Assembly: GCA_000708835.1 (NCBI GenBank)
Contig: DF237336.1
Location: forward strand, 25,454 to 89,453
Source of the DNA: Klebsormidium nitens
Lineage: Eukaryota; Plantae; Klebsormidiophyceae
Reading direction: 5' to 3'
Length of the DNA stretch: 64,000 nucleotides
A program made the translations under genes and the position numbers. The notes beneath the pieces were generated by a model that worked only from the letters and a program-made list of their open reading frames with translations, ran no database searches and was not told where the DNA came from. Shown in pieces: positions 58,043 to 64,000 of this stretch (the stretch's first letter is position 1; every line of letters starts with the position of its first letter).

Positions 58043-61000
58043 TCACTCGAACAATGTGTCCAGGATCGTTGTGACACGGCTCATCAACCTCTTGATGCTC
58101 GTGATCTGCTGGAGGCTAGCTGCGCATCTCTTTAACCCCGAATTGATGCCCTCCGAGGCTGTCGTGATTGTCCGCTCATGTTGCGGGAAAGAGTCGATGA
58201 AGAGTGTCGGAGCACACGTGTGCGTAGCGTAGCGCTTTGCCCCCGATGGCGCGCAGCTGATGGGCCCCGAATGGAAGCGGTCAACGACAAACAGGATGAA
58301 CTTCGCCAGCTGCGGCACCCGATTGAGGAACCACTCTTGCGCGTTGCACGAAGCGTCCTCCACGACGGTCATGCCTTGCAGCATCTTGAAGGGAAACCGT
58401 GTCAGAAGAATCGTTCCGAGGTCCGAGACCGACTCGCCGCCCTTGAGCCAGTGGTACCCAAAGGGCCCGGTCTTGGCAGCACGCAATGAAGATCCCGGCT
58501 CGCCCCTTGGAAGATCGTGGGTTGGGGGCGCTGCAGTGCTGGATGAGCCGCTCCTCCGTCGACTGTCTGCCGCGGCCTTCCTCACCTTCCCAATCAACGA
58601 ACCGAGGCCGGCCATACAGCAGGGGGTGGAAGGAATAGGTCGAGACAACGCCGACCCGCTCCGCGTAAGTCGTCGACGGCGCTCGAAGGAAGCCGCCCTC
58701 TTCGTAGCAATGGGGCTCACGAACCTCCAAGTCGAAGAGGAGGGAGTTGGCAGTGTAACGGTACGGAAGCCGACCGCCTTAGCCGCTCGGCTATGCATCC
58801 AAAAAGCTGTCGACTGGATGCACACTAAGGCGCTTCCGTAATTTATATATCGATTTCGCGTCGGCCGTCCGCGCGTCGCGGCCGGGTTATCGCGTCGATT
58901 TTCGTTCCGCTTCGGACNNNNNNNNNNNNNNNNNNNNNNNNNNNNNNNNNNNNNNNNNNNNNNNNNNNNNNNNNNNNNNNNNNNNNNNNNNNNNNNNNNN
59001 NNNNNNNNNNNNNNNNNNNNNNNNNNNNNNNNNNNNNNNNNNNNNNNNNNNNNNNNNNNNNNNNNNNNNNNNNNNNNNNNNNNNNNNNNNNNNNNNNNNN
59101 NNNNNNNNNNNNNNNNNNNNNNNNNNNNNNNNNNNNNNNNNNNNNNNNNNNNNNNNNNNNNNNNNNNNNNNNNNNNNNNNNNNNNNNNNNNNNNNNNNNN
59201 NNNNNNNNNNNNNNNNNNNNNNNNNNNNNNNNNNNNNNNNNNNNNNNNNNNNNNNNNNNNNNNNNNNNNNNNNNNNNNNNNNNNNNNNNNNNNNNNNNNN
59301 NNNNNNNNNNNNNNNNNNNNNTTCAATGCCGCTCCCCGTCGCTCGGCATACTCCATAGCAGCCCCTTCTAGCTGACCCGCAAGCCTCAGCTTCTCGCCTT
59401 CGATCGCCCATAGGTGCTCCGTTGCATCATGGAGGGCGGCTAGAGGCGATCGCAACGAGGGGCCCGCCGGCCGGTTTGCGCTCGGCTCGAAGCAGAGGAG
59501 GTTCGTGGCGTAGATGTCCCGGACGAGCGGACGCAGCGTTGCTGGAAAGGTGTACTGTCCGCCGGCAATTGGATGGAGGCGAAGGACGGCCGCCAGCATG
59601 GGGCCGTCGTTGGAGAGGTACGCCAGCCCACGCTCGTCGAGCGGCCCCTCGAGCAACGCGTGTCTCATGTAGCTTCAGCGTGACGATATGCCCAAAGACC
59701 CACGAATAGCGGGGGGTGAGCAACGCGTGAAGGAGGGCTCCGTACGGCTGGAAGTGAGTCGGACACCAGCCGGTCGGCCCCACCGGCCCCTCGTTGAAAA
59801 TCCTTTGCATCCAAGGTCGTCTCGGGACCGCCTGGCAAACGGCACACGTGGCAGGGTCCGCACACGCTCCCGCCTCCGTCACGAAGTCGATCAGGGCAGC
59901 AACGTTTGCCGGAAGCCCCTCCCGCATAGCAACAAACTCCTCCGGCTTCAAAGGTGCGTTGCTCCCTTGGGCCGGAGCTTTCCGAAAGTTGCACCAACGA
60001 AGCGCCAGCGCCCGCACGGCCGGCCGCAACTCGGACAGCCCGTTCCGATACTTCCAAGGGCAGTCGATTCCCTCCAGTGGCACGTCGGAGGGGCGCATTC
60101 CGCCTACGCTTAAAGGAGTGAAGCCCCCAGCAACCTTCGGCGCCTTTAGATCCGGCTCGCAGATGCTGTGCAAGGACGCCTCCATGCTAGAATCCCGCAT
60201 CGCGCTGGAGTTGGCGAAGAAGGTGCCGTCGAAGGTGATGACCTTGTCCCGCCCAAAAGCGTAGGTCGACAGCTCGGAGCTCGCCCCCTCTGCTTGCTCT
60301 GGCCTCAGGGGGTTGCCGGCCGCCCGGGCCTCCGCCTCGGCCGCCTTCACCTCGCTCGCATAGAGGTGGGAGCAATCCGAGCGCGAGCAGACGTGCTGGA
60401 TCCGAGGCCGGGCAGCCAGGTCGTTGAAGGCCTGCATGGCCGAGTGGAACACCCGGTCGTCAAGCCTAGGAGCGTCCGGCCCCTCGAGGCTCCTCGTCGC
60501 CATGTCACCGGCCTCAAAGTTGAGGCTGTGGGCTGCCCCCAGGGCCGCTGCAAAGTGGTTGCGAAGCAGAAGGCCGTGGGAGAAGAGATTGCTGCCGGAA
60601 AAGTTGAAGATGCCGTCCTCCTGTAAGCAAGTAGCAATTGAGAAGGTTAATCTCAAATGGAACGTAATTCTGAGAGCGCTTCAGAAGAATAACGGGCCAC
60701 AAGGTTTTGAAGAGGCCCGTGAAGTTAGAAGCCTTATAAGAGCGATGGCCCAATTGGAGAAGACAGAGAATTGCGAATGCAAATGATTTTGGATGTTGAT
60801 ACTCACCTGACCGTCGTACATAATCGAACAGCAAGCGGCCTCCCGTCCTGGGGCAATGCGGCAGACCCTCCGATAGGTAGTGACCTTGTAGCGCGCCCCC
60901 GCCATCGTCAACGCCCCCTTCCTGCTCTCCACCTGCCATGGGCGGCCGCAGGGAGACAACGCATCCAAAGGTCGAGGCGCGCAAAAGTGCTTTGCCTTAT

Positions 61001-62643
61001 TTCGCTGCCGCACCCCCTCTTCGCCCCATCGCTCACAGAGACTCGCGACGCTCCCTCCCCCCAGGCTCATGACAGTGTCGACCTTCTTGTGGCTGTGCCC
61101 CGTGTCAAGGGCTGCCGCCGAAAGGCACTCCCACGACTCCAGCGTCCTTCGGTGCGTGCGCGCAGCTTTTGAGTCTGGCCGTCGGCAAAAGGGGTCGTTG
61201 CAGACCAAAAGCCTCCTCGCCGCCGCTTCCCGCTGCGCAACCCTCTCGGCGCGTCTCTCAGCAAGAACCCGAGTCGCCTCGCTCCTGCCTTCATCAGTTG
61301 CTCGCTCAATCAGAGGCAAGTTTTGCTTTGAGAGCGCACTCAACAGGTGCCAGCACCGCTCAGGACCCGTGCAGTTGATACTGCTACAGTGCGCAACCTC
61401 TCCTCCAAGCACGCAAACCACGGGCTCCTCTCCGGGGTTGCTCGCAACAATCACTCGGAGGTGCGGCCCCCCTTTCCAAGCCTCCGCGTCTAGTCCACGA
61501 AGGACAACCCCCACGCACCCCCCTTGGTCCAACGGCAACACCCAAGGCACGCCGTCAGTGACCTCCCGCGCGAACGGACGGCTGTCGATCAAGGGCTGCG
61601 AAGATGGCCGCGCCTCCCTGCCACCAGCCGCTCATGAGTTGGGTCGCTTCCAGGAACCTCATGTCGTGGTCACGGCACGCCTTCTGACCACAGAGGCATC
61701 TGAAGCTGCCCATGTGGTCGACCTTGACGAGCCGTGGAACGTTACTGAGGCTCCGTCCCGTTGCAGAGACTTCCAAAAGGCGCCCACTGGAGGCGTCAAG
61801 CTGTGGGAGGAGAAAAAGGCCGGGAGCAACAGCAATCGGAGGGATCTTGCTCCGATTGAGCTCCGAGAGGAGGGCCGCCGTGCCGAGCTCCCGTGGACTC
61901 GCCCCCTGCTCGAGCGCTCTCTTGACACCGCGCCTCAAAAGGGCGGCCGCCTTGGGCTCGCGGCAGTACGGACATGGGGCGAGGTCCCTCCTCTGGACAA
62001 AGAACTGGTAGGCATCCTCGCTTGCCTCCTCTCCTGACCGTACTTCTCGAAGCTCTTTCGTGCTGAGGAACGCTTCATACTTGGTGAAGAGGTCTTGCTG
62101 AGGAACAGGGCACCCACTCGCGCTCGAAACAAAGGGGTGCCCCTCCTCGTACTGAGCCCCCACGCACCGCAAGCACAAGAGGTGCCCCCCGCCGCCTCGG
62201 CAGATGAGTGCCCCACCCCGGTTTCGTTTCCGCTCCCAGATGAAGGGCTCGCTCCCTCGAGCGTAGACCGTCCCTTTCCCGCCACACGTGCGCCCAATAC
62301 ACGTCGAGCCGAATCCGCCCCGAGCAAAAACTCCAGCAGGCCGCAGGCTGAAGGCGAGCCCATAGTCGAACATGAAGTCGGCGCCCCCCTGCTTGGCCGC
62401 ATAGGAGGGGCGGCCCCCTCGCACGCCTCCAGCATTTGGTAGGGGCGGGACGGCAGCCGGGACGCTCTTGATGTCGCTGAAGACCAGAGCCGAGCCTTCG
62501 AAGTGGACCACCGCACAACTCCTGACGGCTTGACCGGCCTTCAGGTTCTCGTGCAGGCTCGCCGAGGCCGCCGGGATGGTCGAGGCAATGAGCACGAAGC
62601 CGGAGGGTCGTTTCTCATCACGGGGCGCCGTCGCAAGATTCAT
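58043..62643 (-). pseudogene. KDZ (Kyakuja-Dileera-Zisupton/HMGXB3-like) transposase with SWIM-like and CxC modules; frameshifted, one intron (60621-60806), gap 58918-59320
   Basis: Cys/His clusters (CLCGQKACRDH, CSSINC..CWH), YDGQ|EDGIFNFS..LFSHGLL across a phase-0 GT-AG intron, VITFDGT, YSFHPLLYGRPRF, GIFIACC, GESVSD, VEDASC..LNR, FVVDRFH and TTASEGINS. Frame breaks near 61590, 59680-59720 and 58470. Confidence 0.8.
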
Positions 62644-62983
62644 CCTGGGACCGGAGAGAAACGCTTGAGTTTCTGCCACTTTCGATGGCCCTAAGTCTCG
62701 GCGATCCCCTTGAGATTGTAAAGGGGGCGACTTCTGGTTTGGAAAAAACGGTCGCCCTTCATGACCTAAGTTCTGCCAATATGCGAGCCATGCTTGTAGC
62801 TTGCCGTTTATTGGCAAGATCTGTACCACAGTGGCAGTACGTGACTCCGAAGTGGCAAGGGGCGGCGAGGTCTGGCAGCGACGTCCTAAGCGGGAAAAAA
62901 AGGGGCCTTGCTGGCAATTCAGCGCTCTCCCATAGAAACTCTCGTAGGCGATAAGTCCGGCTCCACCCTGCAACTTGCACGGG

Positions 62984-64000
62984 TACCAGAAGAGTCCTAC
63001 TCGTTTATATTCTTTAGACCTTGGATACATGTAATACAACGTTTCCTGGTACAGGCCCATCGTGCCCCGGACGATTGGAAGTCGGATGCCGGCCATACTC
63101 TGCAATTTTAAGGTGTACCAGAAAAAGACCCATAAAATTCTTGGAAAGTAACACATCGTTTCTTGGTATACGTTCACAGCTTTCTCTGAGCTTGCCATTC
63201 CTTGGATGGAAAGCTCACAGCGTTTTGAGAGGCCGGGTGGCATGCCTGCCAATATGTTCTAGATAATAACCCATTACGTTCTTTAGAAGTGATACAGTGT
63301 TTCCTAGTACAGACGGCCCGTTGTGCACTGGACGGTCGGAAGTCGAGGGTGGCCATACCCTGCAACTCGGAGGTGTACCAGAAAAACGCCCATTAGATTC
63401 TAAAGAAGTAACACATCGTTTCTTGGTACGCGTTTGCGACTCCCTCTGAGTTGTCTCCCAAATGAAACGCTCACACCGTTTAAGGGGCCGGCCATGCCTG
63501 CCAAGATGTATCAAGAAATGGCCATTAGATTTTTTAAAAGAAGTGCAATATAGCTTGGTACACACGGTCGTTCCCCGACTAGAAAGAATTTGGCAGTACG
63601 TCACCGAGTGTCCCGCCGCCAGAAAGCTGCAGCGGCCTCAAAGCTTGTGCAGACCCGGCCATGTCCTGCGGGATGTATCAGAAATCGCCCATTAGGTTAT
63701 TAAGAAGTAATACAGCGTTTCTTGGTACACTCTGATTGTGTGTTGGATGGTCGTTCCATGCGCTTGAGGGGCGAGCCCGGCCATGCCCCGCAAGTTGTAC
63801 CAGAAAACGTCCATTAGATTCTTGCGAAGTAATACAGCCTTTCTTGGTACACTCTTGATTGCGCGCTGGATGGTCGTACCATGCGCTTGAGGGGCGAGCC
63901 TGGCCATGCCCTGCACGTTGTACCAAAAAACGTCCATTAGATTCTTAAGAAGTAATACAGCGTTTCTTGGTACACTCTGATTGTGTGTTGGATGGCCGTA
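62984..64000. repeat. Repeat family B, array 2: at least 8 units of about 122-123 bp, inverted relative to array 1, degenerate at the left and homogeneous toward the window end
   Basis: cttggtacac recurs at 63721, 63843 and 63966. The unit gtaccagaaaacgtccattagattct..gaagtaatacagc.tttcttggtacac is the reverse complement of the 51301-51590 units. Confidence 0.92.

Larger units (their letters stand above)
43469..64000. mobile_element. Composite virus-like/transposon element or nest (AEP-UL9, HIRAN x2, tyrosine recombinase, Prim-Pol/SF3 helicase, KDZ transposase, dyad repeat arrays); boundaries uncertain, runs off the window
   Basis: Clustering of the features listed below, with no recognisable host housekeeping gene between 43.5 and 64 kb. 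Confidence 0.65.

Noticed and set aside
59680-59720. 31-nt GT-AG intron that would restore the KDZ frame (TATTC|gtgggt..gaag|CTAC)
   Set aside because: It is much shorter than any other intron in the window, and the gene has other frame breaks, so a mutation is the more economical explanation. RNA data would be needed.
62644-63252. N-terminal about 200 aa of the 565-aa ORF 61555-63252, and the ORFs at 63215-63937
   Set aside because: Much of this is translation of family B repeat units (recurring YQET..Y peptides). The likelier KDZ start is the ATG at 62643.
43469-64000. CRISPR-like interpretation of the 120-bp dyad arrays
   Set aside because: The sequence between dyads is homologous from unit to unit rather than unique, the units are degenerate, the context is eukaryotic, and no cas genes are present.
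43469-64000. Calling the region a Polinton, virophage or giant endogenous virus
   Set aside because: I recognised no protein-primed PolB, retroviral-type integrase, capsid, penton, A32 ATPase or NCLDV core transcription genes in the window.

Overview
Eukaryotic nuclear DNA with GT-AG introns and several N gaps. The gene set and intron style suggest a streptophyte green alga such as Klebsormidium (inference). The left two-thirds (1 to about 41.5 kb) holds ordinary spliced host genes: LSM11, a conserved plant protein resembling cyanobacterial OprB/SomA porins, CSP41A, an NSUN2/TRM4 tRNA m5C methyltransferase, an S40 senescence regulator and one or two hypothetical genes, followed by a 210-bp TA-flanked MITE. 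From about 43.5 kb to the window end lies a cluster of virus-like and transposon replication genes. It contains an AEP primase joined by an in-frame intron to a UL9-like SF2 helicase, two HIRAN genes, a divergent tyrosine recombinase, a Prim-Pol/SF3-helicase, a duplicated iteron-like hairpin and a decayed KDZ-type transposase. Two families of roughly 120-bp dyad-containing tandem repeats organise this cluster, each present as a pair of oppositely oriented arrays. No capsid or packaging gene is visible. This composite element is the main candidate for an undescribed system. All family assignments come from motif recognition by eye; no database searches were run.
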